Below are positions 53,459 to 64,000 of a stretch of DNA of 64,000 nucleotides, in pieces. Position numbers and translations under genes: made by a program. This stretch comes from an uncultured Spirochaetota bacterium (GTDB lineage: Bacteria > Spirochaetota > Spirochaetia > SZUA-6 > Fen-1364), in assembly GCA_963820525.1 (NCBI GenBank), contig CAWGAA010000002.1, positions 32,001 through 96,000 on the forward strand, written 5' to 3'. How positions within the stretch are numbered: the stretch's first letter is position 1; each line of letters starts with the position of its first letter. The notes beneath the pieces were generated by a model that saw only the letters and a program-made list of their open reading frames with translations, did no database searches and was not told the DNA's origin.

Positions 53459-54337
53459 ATGAGCCACCGTCGAGGGTTGGAAAAAGACGGTTTTACCCCT
53501 TACCTCTTTCTGGCGCCGCTTTTGGTGCTGCTCGGGGCGTTCATTCTCTATCCCGTCATCATGAACTTGATTTCCAGTTTCACGGAGTGGAAGGGCTATG
53601 GTCCCATGAAGTGGATCGGCCCGGACAACTACCGCGAAATGCTCAACGATACGCAGTTCTGGACCTCGATCAAGAACACCGCGATACTCGTCTGCTACAT
53701 CCCCGCGAGCGTGGTCATCACCGTGTTCATCGCCGCGCTCCTTCGGGAAGGCCTCCGGGGCTGGCAGACCTACCGCGCCATCCTCTATATCCCGAACCTC
53801 CTGGGGTACGTCATCATTGGCGTGGTCTTCTCGATCTTCCTCCGCGATGACGGGCCCCTGAATATCGCGATCAAGGCGATTACCGGCCATACGGTGTCAT
53901 TCCTGATCTCCCCGGCCCTCGCCATCAACTCCATCGGAATCATCAAGGTCATCTGGGTCCATCTCGGGTTCGGTCTTATCTACTTCCTGGCCGCAATGAG
54001 CGGCATCGACCAGTCGATTTACGAGGCCGCGCTCATAGACGGCGCCAGCTTCTGGGAGACGCTGTTGCGCGTCACCATACCGAGCATCAGCTTCGCCATA
54101 GAGTTCTGGATTGTGTTCAACTTCATAGAGGTATTTGCCCGTATGTTCAGCCTCATCTACACTCTCACCCGTGGAGGACCCGGATACGGCACGTTCACAC
54201 TGGAATACGGGGTCTTTGTCCAGGGATTCGAGAAATTCCGATCGGGGTATTCCAGCGCGTGGTCCATGGTGTTGTTCCTCTTCTGCGCCGTCATTTCAGT
54301 GGTGCAGATCCGCCTGATGCGAAGGAGAAGCTCATGA
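53459..54337 (+). CDS. Sugar ABC permease (MalF-like)
   Basis: IYEAALIDGAS motif, TM segments. Confidence 0.92.
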   Translation: MSHRRGLEKDGFTPYLFLAPLLVLLGAFILYPVIMNLISSFTEWKGYGPMKWIGPDNYREMLNDTQFWTSIKNTAILVCYIPASVVITVFIAALLREGLRGWQTYRAILYIPNLLGYVIIGVVFSIFLRDDGPLNIAIKAITGHTVSFLISPALAINSIGIIKVIWVHLGFGLIYFLAAMSGIDQSIYEAALIDGASFWETLLRVTIPSISFAIEFWIVFNFIEVFARMFSLIYTLTRGGPGYGTFTLEYGVFVQGFEKFRSGYSSAWSMVLFLFCAVISVVQIRLMRRRSS

Positions 54338-55173
54338 AGAGGACCTCCTCTATCGATGCCGGCACGCGTGTGCTGGTCCAACTGTTCCTGATTCTGCTGG
54401 TGATCGTATCCCTTCTTCCCCTCTACAACGTGATTTCCGCCAGCTTCAAGACCGGGGATGAGTTCGTCAATAACCCCTTCCTTCTCCCGAAGTCTCCCAC
54501 CGTGGACAACTACGAGCTCGCCGCCATCAATGGAAGTCTCCTTCGTTTCGTGGTCAACAGCTTCATTCTCGTTCCCATAGGCCTGGTTTTCTACCTGGCC
54601 GTGTGCGTCAGCGCGGGCTATGCGTTTGGCAAGATGCGATTCGGCCTGAAACGGCCCCTGTTTCTCCTCGTGCTCTTTCTTCTTATCTTTCCCCAGCTTC
54701 TCCTCGCTACGCAGGTCTTCAAACTGATCTCCCTGCTGGAGCTGACGAACACCGGCGTCGGCGTCATCCTCACGTGGGTGGCATATTTCTCTCCATTCGG
54801 TACCTACATCATGACGACGTATTTCACCGACATGCCCTATGAGCTGGTTGAAGCCGCGCGCATGGACGGCGCTTCGCACTTCCGGATCCTTTGGAGCGTG
54901 ATGACGCCGATTGCTGCGCCCATGATCGCGACCATCGCCATCATCGGCTTCCAGTCCATGTGGAACGAGCTGCCGTTTTCACTGCTCATCCTCCAGGACC
55001 AATCCCGAAGGACGCTCACGCTCGGCGTCGCAATGATGAGGGGAGAATACGGCCTCCGCGTGCCGATCCAGAGCGCGGCCCTGGTCATTGCGATGGCGGT
55101 GCCCCTCATCGTGTTCCTCATCTTCCAGCGCCGCGTCACCATTGGAGTCACCGCGGGCGCCCTCAAAGGCTAA
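54334..55173 (+). CDS. Sugar ABC permease (MalG-like)
   Basis: ELVEAARMDGAS, GVTAGALKG. Confidence 0.92.
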   Translation: MKRTSSIDAGTRVLVQLFLILLVIVSLLPLYNVISASFKTGDEFVNNPFLLPKSPTVDNYELAAINGSLLRFVVNSFILVPIGLVFYLAVCVSAGYAFGKMRFGLKRPLFLLVLFLLIFPQLLLATQVFKLISLLELTNTGVGVILTWVAYFSPFGTYIMTTYFTDMPYELVEAARMDGASHFRILWSVMTPIAAPMIATIAIIGFQSMWNELPFSLLILQDQSRRTLTLGVAMMRGEYGLRVPIQSAALVIAMAVPLIVFLIFQRRVTIGVTAGALKG

Positions 55174-55271
55174 CAATGGGGGCGATCCCTTCGGTGTAGT
55201 CACCGCAGTCAATGAGGCGTTGTGCAGCTTGAGGCGAAGGATGCAGGCATATTCATCCTGTTTCCTATCGA

Positions 55272-56183
55272 TTGGTCGGACCACCAGAGGGGCGTGATTT
55301 GGAAACATACGATATCACATTTGTGGGGCATCTCTGCTTTGACGAAATCACACCGTATCACGGGGAAACCAGCGTCGCGCCCGGCAGCGCGGTGTTGTGC
55401 GGCGCCATCGCGGCAGCCCGCATCGGCCAAAGGGTGGCCATTGTGACAAGAATGGCGGCCGCAGACACACAGATCTTGCAGCCGCTGAAAGAGCTGGGCG
55501 TTGCGACGCTCGTGATTCAGGCTCGGGAAACAACCTATGCCGTTGTCATTCATCCGACCCCCAATGTGGATGAGCGCATCCTGAAAATCGCGCGCAGCGC
55601 CGGGTTCTTTTCCATTGAAGACATGCCTACTATCATGACGCGCGATCTGCATCTCGCCGGGATCTCTGACCAGGAGTTCAGCGTGGATTTCATCCGCGGT
55701 TTGAAAGCCCAGGGCTATCATCTCTCGGTTGATATGCAGAGTTTTGTCCGTCAGGTGAATCCGCTCACCGGCAAAGTCGCTTTCAAGGATGTTCCCCAAA
55801 AGCAAGACATTGTCAAACTGATGAGCAAGGTAAAACTGGATGTGGTGGAGGCCAGAGTGCTTACCGGGACGGACGATCTGGAACAAGCGGCCCGGCAATT
55901 TGAAGCCTGGGGAAGCCCGGAAACAGTCATTACCCACGCGGAAGGCGTGCTCGCCCGCGTCAATGGCAAGACGTACTATGAGAAATTCTCGAACCGGAGC
56001 ACGGTAGGACGCACTGGCCGGGGCGACACGACCTTTGCAGCTTATCTTGCCCGCCGGGGCGATCACAATGTCGCGGAATCTCTGAAATTCGCGGCCGCTC
56101 TGGTCTCGATCAAAATGGAGACTCCCGGGCCATTTCGGGGAACGTTGGCGGACGTCATTACGCTCATGAAACAGGAGGAGTGA
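55272..56183 (+). CDS. PfkB-family carbohydrate kinase
   Basis: VGHLCFD, GRTGRGDTTFAAY C-terminal motif. Confidence 0.88.
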   Translation: MVGPPEGRDLETYDITFVGHLCFDEITPYHGETSVAPGSAVLCGAIAAARIGQRVAIVTRMAAADTQILQPLKELGVATLVIQARETTYAVVIHPTPNVDERILKIARSAGFFSIEDMPTIMTRDLHLAGISDQEFSVDFIRGLKAQGYHLSVDMQSFVRQVNPLTGKVAFKDVPQKQDIVKLMSKVKLDVVEARVLTGTDDLEQAARQFEAWGSPETVITHAEGVLARVNGKTYYEKFSNRSTVGRTGRGDTTFAAYLARRGDHNVAESLKFAAALVSIKMETPGPFRGTLADVITLMKQEE

Positions 56184-56186
56184 CGC

Positions 56187-58532
56187 ATGCATCTTTTTAA
56201 GACATCGGAAAGGTACTTCCAGGTTCATCCCTGGTTGGTGATTGAAGAGGGCTTTGACCCGCAGAAACAGCGTTTGGCCGAATCGATCTTTTCCTTGGCG
56301 AATGAGTTTATGTGCGTCCGCGGGTATTTCGAAGAAGGATATTCCGGGGATCACTTGTTGGGGAGCTATTTCAGCCAATTGTATGAGATGCTGGACGTAA
56401 AATACCCCCAGATTTTCAAAGGGTTTGTGACGGAAGCCGCCGCCATGATTACGGCGTTGGACTGGCTCTACACCCGGATAACGCTTGATGGGGAAACGCT
56501 AGATCTCCACACCGCGCAGTTTTCGGATTTCAAACGCACGCTCGACCTCCGTGACGCCACCTTGATGCGGGAGTTCGTCTGGACGACCCGCAGCCAGAAA
56601 CAACTGAAGTTGACGTTCATCCGGTTTGCCGATATCCAGACCACTGCGCTTGGTTGTCAGCGGATCCTGCTCGAACCGTTGAATTTCTCCGGAGAGGTAA
56701 GAATCTGTTCCGGTCTTGATTTTGATACTATCTATGAAATCGCGGCGGGGTGGGATCAGACCAAGGGCACCGGCGCCAGCAAGGAACAGCTGGCGCAGAC
56801 CAACTTCTGGACCTGCGAACGCAAGCAGCGCGTGGGCGATCACTATGCCATTCAAGCCCGTACACATCGAAGCGGTTGTCACTTGTTTTCCAGCTTCAGA
56901 ATCGCGGCGAATCAGCCAGTGAAGCCCCGCATCGTCGAACAAGAGAAATTCATCGGGATCGAATTTGCGCTCAAGGTACAGGCGCAGCAAACGACTACGT
57001 TTGAAAAGATGGCGGTAAACCATTGGGAACAGGCAGATGACGCCGAGCAGGTCTGGACCAACGGCCTTCAGCTCGCACAAAGTCTCGCCGGAATCACGTT
57101 TGACCAGGCACTGGTGGAACATCGCCGCTGCTGGACGCATTACTGGGATCGCATGGATATCGAAATCGAAGGCGACCCGGAGCTGCAGCAAGGCGTCCGC
57201 TACTCGCTTTTTATGATGTACATCAACTATCACGGCGAAAGCGACCGGCGGAACGTGCTCTGCAAGCTCGGCGGCGAAGTCTATGGCGGCCTCAACTTCT
57301 GGGATACGGAAATCTATTGTCACCGGATGTACATGTTCCTTGATCCCAAGATTGCACGGAAACTGCTCATGTACCGGTACCGCTATTTGCCCCAAGCCCT
57401 CCAAAATGCACGGCGTATTGACCTGGAAGGCGCTCGCTACCCGTTTTCAACGATTACCGGATTGGAAGATAGCGGCACCTGGCAGCATGTGGACCTGGAG
57501 ATCCATCAAAACGAAGCTATCTACTACGCCATCTGGCATTATGCGCGCGTGTGTCAGGACAAACAATTCCTGTACCATGAGGGCATTGAAATGCTGCTCC
57601 AAATGTGCCGGTGCATGGCGAGTTGGGGCGGCTGGAGCCCGAAGAAGGGCGATTTCGGCTTCTACGGGGTGATGGGTCCGGATGAGTTCCACATGATGGT
57701 AAACCATAACTGTTATACGAATTACCTCGGCAAGAAGATGTTCAACTATACGCTGGAGGTGCTCGCCGAGATGCAACGAGAAGCGCCGGAGCTATATGAG
57801 CACGCGGTCGCGAAGGTACAGTTGCGTCCGGAAGAAACTAAGGAATGGCAGCGGATGGCGGAGAAGATGCGGATTCTCAAGGATGAAGCCACCGGCATTT
57901 ACGAACAACATGACGGGTACTTCGATCTCCCGCATGTTGAAGTGAAGAACATTCCGATGTCACAGATCCCGATTTACAGGAACTGGGCGTACATCAGGAT
58001 TTTCCGGTACAATATGCTCAAACAACCCGATTTCCTCAACTTGCCGTATTTCTTCAGCCAGGATTTCACGATGGAGGAAAAACGGCGGAACTACGAGTTC
58101 TATGAGGCCCGCACAAGCCATGAATCGTCGCTATCGCCGTCTTTGCATGCGATCTTGGCCGCAGAACTGGGGAAACTGAAGGAAGCGTACAACTTCTTGG
58201 CCTATGCGGCCCGGCTGGATCTGGACAATTACAACCGGAATACCGAACAAGGCATCCATTCTTCCTCGGCCGCTGGAGTGTGGGCCGGCATGGTCTCCGG
58301 GTTCGGCGGATTGCGTACCGATGCCGAAACGTTGATATTCAATCCGACTATTCCGGCGCAATGGAACGCCTATCGCTTCAGAGTCTTCTACGGGGGCGCC
58401 TTGCTGGCGGTTCACGTCACCCACGACAAAGCCCTATTCAAAGTCGTGGAGGGAAACAGCGTCAAGGTGAGCATTTACGGCCAACTTCGTCAAATCACCC
58501 CGAAAGGTCTGGAAGTCAAGATGCCCCAATGA
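56187..58532 (+). CDS. GH65 glycoside phosphorylase/hydrolase
   Basis: ESIFSLAN, YGGLNFWDTE, VMGPDEFH, KQPD, HESSLS. Confidence 0.93.
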   Translation: MHLFKTSERYFQVHPWLVIEEGFDPQKQRLAESIFSLANEFMCVRGYFEEGYSGDHLLGSYFSQLYEMLDVKYPQIFKGFVTEAAAMITALDWLYTRITLDGETLDLHTAQFSDFKRTLDLRDATLMREFVWTTRSQKQLKLTFIRFADIQTTALGCQRILLEPLNFSGEVRICSGLDFDTIYEIAAGWDQTKGTGASKEQLAQTNFWTCERKQRVGDHYAIQARTHRSGCHLFSSFRIAANQPVKPRIVEQEKFIGIEFALKVQAQQTTTFEKMAVNHWEQADDAEQVWTNGLQLAQSLAGITFDQALVEHRRCWTHYWDRMDIEIEGDPELQQGVRYSLFMMYINYHGESDRRNVLCKLGGEVYGGLNFWDTEIYCHRMYMFLDPKIARKLLMYRYRYLPQALQNARRIDLEGARYPFSTITGLEDSGTWQHVDLEIHQNEAIYYAIWHYARVCQDKQFLYHEGIEMLLQMCRCMASWGGWSPKKGDFGFYGVMGPDEFHMMVNHNCYTNYLGKKMFNYTLEVLAEMQREAPELYEHAVAKVQLRPEETKEWQRMAEKMRILKDEATGIYEQHDGYFDLPHVEVKNIPMSQIPIYRNWAYIRIFRYNMLKQPDFLNLPYFFSQDFTMEEKRRNYEFYEARTSHESSLSPSLHAILAAELGKLKEAYNFLAYAARLDLDNYNRNTEQGIHSSSAAGVWAGMVSGFGGLRTDAETLIFNPTIPAQWNAYRFRVFYGGALLAVHVTHDKALFKVVEGNSVKVSIYGQLRQITPKGLEVKMPQ

Positions 58533-58539
58533 GCGGCCT

Positions 58540-58832
58540 GGTTCACCAGCCGCGAATGATCTTGTCCCAAACGATTTCTTCGGGATCGGAGAAGGCTTTC
58601 GGATCGTCGCAATGCCCCTCTACTTCCAAAACGATCAAATTGGTTTGGCACTTTTCGGCGATGGGCCGGATGAAGGGTTGGTCTACGAGCTGCTTCGAGG
58701 GCAGTTGTCGAGCGCGCTCAAGGGCGCCCTCCTGCTCAGGCGGCTCAAGGAGAGGGCCGACATTCTGTCGAAGGGAATCGAGAACCTGACGCTGAGCCTC
58801 AAGGGTATGGTCGAGAGTTCGGACGCGATCGT
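58540..58832 (+). pseudogene. Internal fragment of a LacI-sensor-type signalling protein
   Basis: PLYFQNDQIGLALFGDGPDEGLVYELLRGQLSSALKGALL; no start or end. Confidence 0.45.
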
Positions 58833-60544
58833 CGGTCTGAACAATCGATTCGAAAGAGCAGGAAAAGGCCTCCGTCATCCGCACGCCGCCGCCCTTCAGC
58901 TGGCTCTTCTTGATCGGTTTTTCAAGCTCCTCTCGATACTCCTGGTTCACCAGGTTGAGGTAGAAATCCTTGTCGAACATGTCTTCGATCCCCGAGTCGT
59001 CCAGCGCCGTGAATAACTCGTAGGAGAAGATCCGTTTCTTCTGCAGTATTCCGCTCTTGATGGCCTTCTCCAGGTCCTTGATCTCGCTGTCCCGGATGAC
59101 GACCAGCCCATTGGCGATGTTGGCGGCATGATCTTCCAGGAGCGCCACCAGCGCGGAGAGCGTCTTTGCCCCTCCCAGGGGGACGATCTTCCACATCGGA
59201 TTGAGCCCTTCCTTGCCCCGCTTCTTCAGCAGCGCGGAGACCACCTCCAGGAAGAGGAGATCCGCGACGCCGTCCACCACGAGGAGGTTGGGGCTGGCGA
59301 AGGCATTGGCCAGGGCCCTGTGGCCCAGCATCCAAGACGCTCTTGTCCTCCACGATGCGCACCCGGTCCATCTTCAGCGTATCGATCATGTAGGGGGAGT
59401 GCGTCGTATAGATCACCTGGTGGCCCGTCTTGGACTCATCTTCGAGATAGCGCAGGAGGTCCGCCTGCGCCGCGCCATGGAGGAAGAGGGCGGGCTCGTC
59501 CAGCAGAAGAATCAGTGAGGGGCTCAAGCGTTTCTGCTGCGAAAACCATGCCAGGAACGAGAAAAACCAGATGAACCCGCGGGACCGGGTGCCCAGGAGG
59601 GTGTGCACCTTCTGCTTCGCGTTATAGACGTGGCACCAGAGGTTGGTACCGGATCTCATCCCTTCCGGATCCTTGGGCAGCGCCGGGCGGATATCGAAGT
59701 TCATTTCCAGGTACCGGTTCTGGGACCAATACTTCATGATGTTTCGCGTTACATGATTGGACGCCCCCTCCAGGCGGTTGTCGCGTTCCAGGGCCCGGCT
59801 CGGGTTGATGATCTCTTCGAGCTCCAGCCGGGCAAGCTCGATGAGACCCAGCAGGGGATAGTCGGATTCCAGCAGCTTGCCGCTCGCCCTGCGCTGGATG
59901 AGCGCCTCGACGTTCACCTGGCCCGTCATCTGATAGAACTCATCGAAATAGAGGAACCGGGGAACGCTTTCCTGCAGGTACTTTTCGAAGAAGTAGCTCG
60001 ACGCGCCCTTCCCCGTGATTTCCTCCACCAGGGAGGAAAGTTTCCCGGTGGAATCGCTTTTCGCGACCTCCTCGAGCGTCATGCTCTTGGGTTGGGATTT
60101 CCCTTGCGGGGGGTGAATCTCTCCCCTCTTCATGAGGGCCTGAACGAGGGAGTCTTCACGGATGCTCAACTCAGGGACCAGCTTGTTTTGATACCCTTTC
60201 GAAAGGATCAATTCAGGTTTCGCCAGGAGCCCGGGAAAATCCTCTTCCAGCCGCTCGAGGTCCTTCTCATCGAGGGCGAAGGTGGCCCGGGTGACAATGG
60301 CCGGCTCTCTGCGTCCGCTTTTCACTTCCAGCCTGTAGTCTTCCACGTCGCTGCGGGGAAAGTCGTCGTCGACATTGAAGGAACCGTGCTGGGGGATTAC
60401 CGGGTTGAGCCTAGAGACGGCCTCCAGAATGGCGGTCTTACCCGACTCGTTCATTCCGACGAGGCACGTTATATCTGAAACGCCGAAATGACACGCATCT
60501 CGAATGCACTTGTAATTTGAGATCTCGACATCTATCAACTTCAT
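58833..60544 (-). pseudogene. OLD-like ABC ATPase + TOPRIM-like protein, frameshifted near 59335 and 3'-truncated
   Basis: GMNESGKT, LLLDEP, IYTTHSPYMID; second frame NLLVVDGVADLLFL…IVPLGG…IEDMF. Confidence 0.8.
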
Positions 60545-60738
60545 AGACACCTCTTTTTTTGCAGCAACGTCAGAACGAATATACCTTCGCCATGTTCTTC
60601 CGGCCACTTGCCGCTCGAGCGGGGATGGTGAACTGCGTGAAAGCGCCGCGCGTGGGATCCCGGCCCTATTGTTTTCATTGACGATTCAGCCGGCCGCAAA
60701 TTACACTTGAAGCAAGAGAGAACCTCGAGGAGACGTGC

Positions 60739-61695
60739 ATGAGAAGCCTTCCCTTCGGCGGCACGAGCGCCAACGTGAGCGCCGTGTGCCTGGGCGCCAT
60801 GAACTTCGGCACCAAGCTTTCCCAGAAAGAATCCCTGCGGCTGCTCGACCGCTACTACGAGGCCGGCGGCCGGTTCATCGATACGGCAAACAACTACGCC
60901 GTCTGGTGGGGCGGGGACGGAACCGAGTCCGAAACGATTCTCGGCACCTGGATGAAGGACCGCAAGAACCGCGACGGACTCTTCCTTGCATCAAAGGTCG
61001 GCTTCAACACCCCCAAGATCGGAAACGGATTATCGCGAAAGATCATCAGGCAGGAGATCGAGGGAAGCCTCAAGCGGCTGGACACGGATCGCTTGGACCT
61101 GTATTTCGCGCACAAGGACCACCGGCCCGATCCCCTGGAGGAGACCCTGGGGGCTTTCGAGGAGCTGGTCGAAGAAGGAAAGGTCCGCTTCATCGGGTGC
61201 AGCAACTACAGGGCATGGCGGATCGAGCTTGCCCGCTCCATCAGCAGGCAGAAGGGCTGGGCCGAATACGTATGCGTCCAGCAGCGGCACACCTACCTCA
61301 GACCCGCCCCGGGAGCGCGCTTCGATCCCCAGCTTGCAGCCGACGACGAGCTCCTGGATTACTGCAAGGCCCATGAGAGGGATTTCCTGTTTCTCGCCTA
61401 CTCGCCGACGCTGGGCGGCGCCTACACGCAGCGCAAGGACAGGCCGCTGCCTCCCCAGTTCCGCGGAGCCGACTCCGAGGCGCGCCTCTCCGCCCTGCGC
61501 TCCGTCGCCTCCGAGATCGGGGCCACCCCCGTGCAGGTCGTCTACGCCTGGATGCTCGCCTCCTCCCCCGTCGCTCTTCCCCTCGTGTCGGCAGGGTCGC
61601 TCGAGCAGCTCGATGAAAATCTTGGAAGCCTGAAGATCAAGCTGGATCAGGACCAGATGCGCAGGCTCGATACGGCGGGAAATCCAACGGGCTGA
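60739..61695 (+). CDS. Aldo/keto reductase
   Basis: LGAMNFG, FIDTANNY, SLKRLDTDRLDLY, GCSN. Confidence 0.95.
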   Translation: MRSLPFGGTSANVSAVCLGAMNFGTKLSQKESLRLLDRYYEAGGRFIDTANNYAVWWGGDGTESETILGTWMKDRKNRDGLFLASKVGFNTPKIGNGLSRKIIRQEIEGSLKRLDTDRLDLYFAHKDHRPDPLEETLGAFEELVEEGKVRFIGCSNYRAWRIELARSISRQKGWAEYVCVQQRHTYLRPAPGARFDPQLAADDELLDYCKAHERDFLFLAYSPTLGGAYTQRKDRPLPPQFRGADSEARLSALRSVASEIGATPVQVVYAWMLASSPVALPLVSAGSLEQLDENLGSLKIKLDQDQMRRLDTAGNPTG

Positions 61696-61825
61696 CAAGG
61701 GTCCCAGGTTCCCTTCGAAGAGATGCCTGCGCTCCTTGCTGGATAGACGGCCGCAACGCCGGGCTTGTCGAATCGAGCTTGTCACGCTACTGTGTCATCT
61801 CGCGGATAGCGGGCTATAATTCCTT

Positions 61826-63256
61826 ATGGGCGGATTATTCGGCATCGTTTCCAAAAGCGACTGCGTCGACCGGCTCTTTTACGGAACGGACTATCACTGC
61901 CACCTCGGCACCCGGCGCGGCGGAATGGCCGTCTCAGACGGGAAAAGCATCGACAGGACGATCCATGACATCACGGCCGCTCAGTTCCGAAGCAAATTCG
62001 CCGCCGACATTGCGCGTCTGAAGGGCACGTGCGGCATCGGCGCGATCAGCGATTTCGAGGATCAGCCGCTCATCATTGGCTCTCATCTCGGGATCTTCGC
62101 CATCGCCACCGTGGGTGTGGTGCGAAACGCGGAGGAGCTGACCGCGCGTCTTTTCCGATCGGGAAGCGCGCACTTCTCCGAGATGAGCGGAAGCTGCATC
62201 AATCCCACGGAGATCGTGGCATCCCTTGTGAGCAGCGAGGAGAGCTTCGACGCAGGCATCCAGGCCGCGCAGCAGGCCGTGGAGGGCTCCTGCTCTTTCC
62301 TGATCCTTACCATGAACGGAATCTATGCGGCCAGGGACCGCTACGGCCGCACTCCCCTCATCGTCGCGAAAGGGCCGGACGGCTACTCGGTCACCATGGA
62401 GACATGCGCCCTTCCCAATATCGGCCACGATCGGGTGAGGGACCTTGGTCCCGGGGAGGTCGCGCTCATAAGCACGGAAGGAATCGAGCAGAGAGTCAGG
62501 CCGGGAAATGCAATGCAGATCTGCGCCTTCCTCTGGGTGTATTACGGCTATCCCGCATCCACGTACGAAGGGGTGAACGTGGAGAGCTTTCGCTACACGG
62601 ACGGGGCGGGCCTCGCGGCCGTGGACGGAGTAGCGGCCGACGGCGTGGCCGGGATTCCCGACTCGGGCAGTTCCTACGCCATCGGCTACGCGCAGCAAGC
62701 CCGGCTTCCCTTCATCCGTCCCTTCGTGAAATACACTCCGACCTGGTCACGCAGCTTCATGCCCCAGAACCAGGCAGAAAGGGATCTTGTCGCGCGGATG
62801 AAGCTCATACCCGTGAAGGAGCTCACGGAGGGGAAGCGCCTCCTATTCTGCGACGATTCGATCGTCCGCGGGACCCAGCTCCGGGACACGTTCGGGCGGC
62901 TCATCGCCTATGGCGCCAGGGAGATCCACCTGCGCATCGCCTGTCCGCCCCTGCTTCATGGGTGCCGTTTCCTCAACTTCTCCCGCTCGCGCTCCGATCT
63001 GGATTTGGCCGCTCGAAAGGCGGTGCAGGCACTCGAGGGGCGCGCGGACCATGTGCCGGATGAATACCATGATCCCCGCTCTCCCCGCTACGCGGCCATG
63101 GTGGGCTATATCGCAAAGAGTCTGGACTTGACGTCGCTCACCTACCAGACCCTGGAGGGCATGGTACAGGCGATCGGATTGCCGAAAGAGGATCTCTGCA
63201 CATATTGCTGGACCGGCGCATGCGCGAATCTGACTGAAGGCGGATCACCGATCTAA
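61826..63256 (+). CDS. purF: Amidophosphoribosyltransferase-like protein lacking N-terminal Cys
   Basis: ARDRYGRTPL, GIPDSG, DDSIVRGTQ PRPP loop, CTYCWTG. Confidence 0.88.
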   Translation: MGGLFGIVSKSDCVDRLFYGTDYHCHLGTRRGGMAVSDGKSIDRTIHDITAAQFRSKFAADIARLKGTCGIGAISDFEDQPLIIGSHLGIFAIATVGVVRNAEELTARLFRSGSAHFSEMSGSCINPTEIVASLVSSEESFDAGIQAAQQAVEGSCSFLILTMNGIYAARDRYGRTPLIVAKGPDGYSVTMETCALPNIGHDRVRDLGPGEVALISTEGIEQRVRPGNAMQICAFLWVYYGYPASTYEGVNVESFRYTDGAGLAAVDGVAADGVAGIPDSGSSYAIGYAQQARLPFIRPFVKYTPTWSRSFMPQNQAERDLVARMKLIPVKELTEGKRLLFCDDSIVRGTQLRDTFGRLIAYGAREIHLRIACPPLLHGCRFLNFSRSRSDLDLAARKAVQALEGRADHVPDEYHDPRSPRYAAMVGYIAKSLDLTSLTYQTLEGMVQAIGLPKEDLCTYCWTGACANLTEGGSPI

Positions 63257-63456
63257 ATGCAGACAGGGTAGGGGGAAAGTCTCCCCCCCCCGCTCCGGCC
63301 CTGGCGGGCCTCCGCTTCCCCCTCTGCGGGGCGGGTGCAAAGCACCCGCGGACCACCCGCAACGCCCACGGGAGGCGCACTTCGGGAGGCATATCGAGTA
63401 TGCAGAACACATGCCGTCCTTGACGACATCTTCAGGGCGGCGATAGAGTGGTCACC

Positions 63457-64000
63457 GTGAACGTGAATCTGGAATCCATTTTCGCCGGCGGGATAAAGCT
63501 TTTTTTGCCCGTAGTGATCACTCTCCTTCTGGTCTTCCTGGGGTTTTTCTTTTATAAACCTATTCTTAAGCTTAAAACCGATCGTGACGCTCTGGCCGGC
63601 AAGAAAAAGAACAGCACGATTCTACTTTCGGTTTCATTCTTTGTGCTGACTCTTTTATTATTCAGCGCTGCCCGGATCTATATTACCAACTTCAAGGAAT
63701 TTTCCTATGTATTCCATGAAAGCATGTTATTCTTCCTGATACTATCACTTGTCTTGATATTAATATTATCTACTGCGCTTCTATTGTTATCTCGATATCA
63801 AAAAACAATCCGCACTATCGTCTCGGTGCTTTTCGTAACCGCATTTTTGATGTGGTTTCAGGGGAATATTTTTCTCTGGCAATACGGAGTTTTGGACGGC
63901 AATGAAATTGAATGGAATACTTTAGTCTATTATGGAATCATCGATTCGGTATTCTGGGCCATTGTAATAACGTTTTCTATTTTAAGAACTGAATTAGTCT
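63457..64000 (+). CDS. AT-rich polytopic membrane protein (partial; possibly sulfatase-like membrane domain)
   Basis: Open to window end; several TM segments; WFQGNIFLWQYGVLDGNEIEW. Confidence 0.6.
   Translation, partial: MNVNLESIFAGGIKLFLPVVITLLLVFLGFFFYKPILKLKTDRDALAGKKKNSTILLSVSFFVLTLLLFSAARIYITNFKEFSYVFHESMLFFLILSLVLILILSTALLLLSRYQKTIRTIVSVLFVTAFLMWFQGNIFLWQYGVLDGNEIEWNTLVYYGIIDSVFWAIVITFSILRTELV

Noticed and set aside
55258..55272. TTCCTATCGAT resembling an oriIS tip just before the PfkB gene
   Set aside because: Only 8 bp match, upstream 21 bp not conserved and not followed by STT; probably chance

Overview
This GC-rich window probably comes from a Spirochaetia-like bacterium (inferred from 'AAGQKE/FAKGGSE'-type solute-binding protein leaders) and has two parts. 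About 2.9-36 kb is a heavily rearranged mobile and defence mosaic. About 36-64 kb is mostly carbohydrate uptake and catabolism (GH3, GH95, GH65, PfkB, sugar ABC transporters, two two-component systems), plus an orphan 5S rRNA, a damaged OLD-like ATPase, an aldo/keto reductase and a Cys-less PurF. The main structure is a co-oriented series of IS91/ISCR-like rolling-circle elements: three near-identical HUH transposase copies, two diverged remnants, and five copies of one oriIS end (…ATAGTAGTTCC[T/C]ATC, always followed by (C/G)TT). Two of the five ends have no transposase and sit directly behind unrelated DNA. Two full copies share the same left-flanking piece of an OLD-like gene whose empty-site allele lies at 58.9 kb, suggesting flank capture. 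Removing IS insertions by eye recovers a decayed defence cluster (SIR2-domain protein, hicBA, an E2-fold/SEC-C gene next to a possible CD-NTase tail) and an HNH gene with an attC-like site. Two copies of an unrecognised lipoprotein domain are also present. Some of the many junctions and indels could be assembly or amplification artefacts; this cannot be excluded from the sequence alone.
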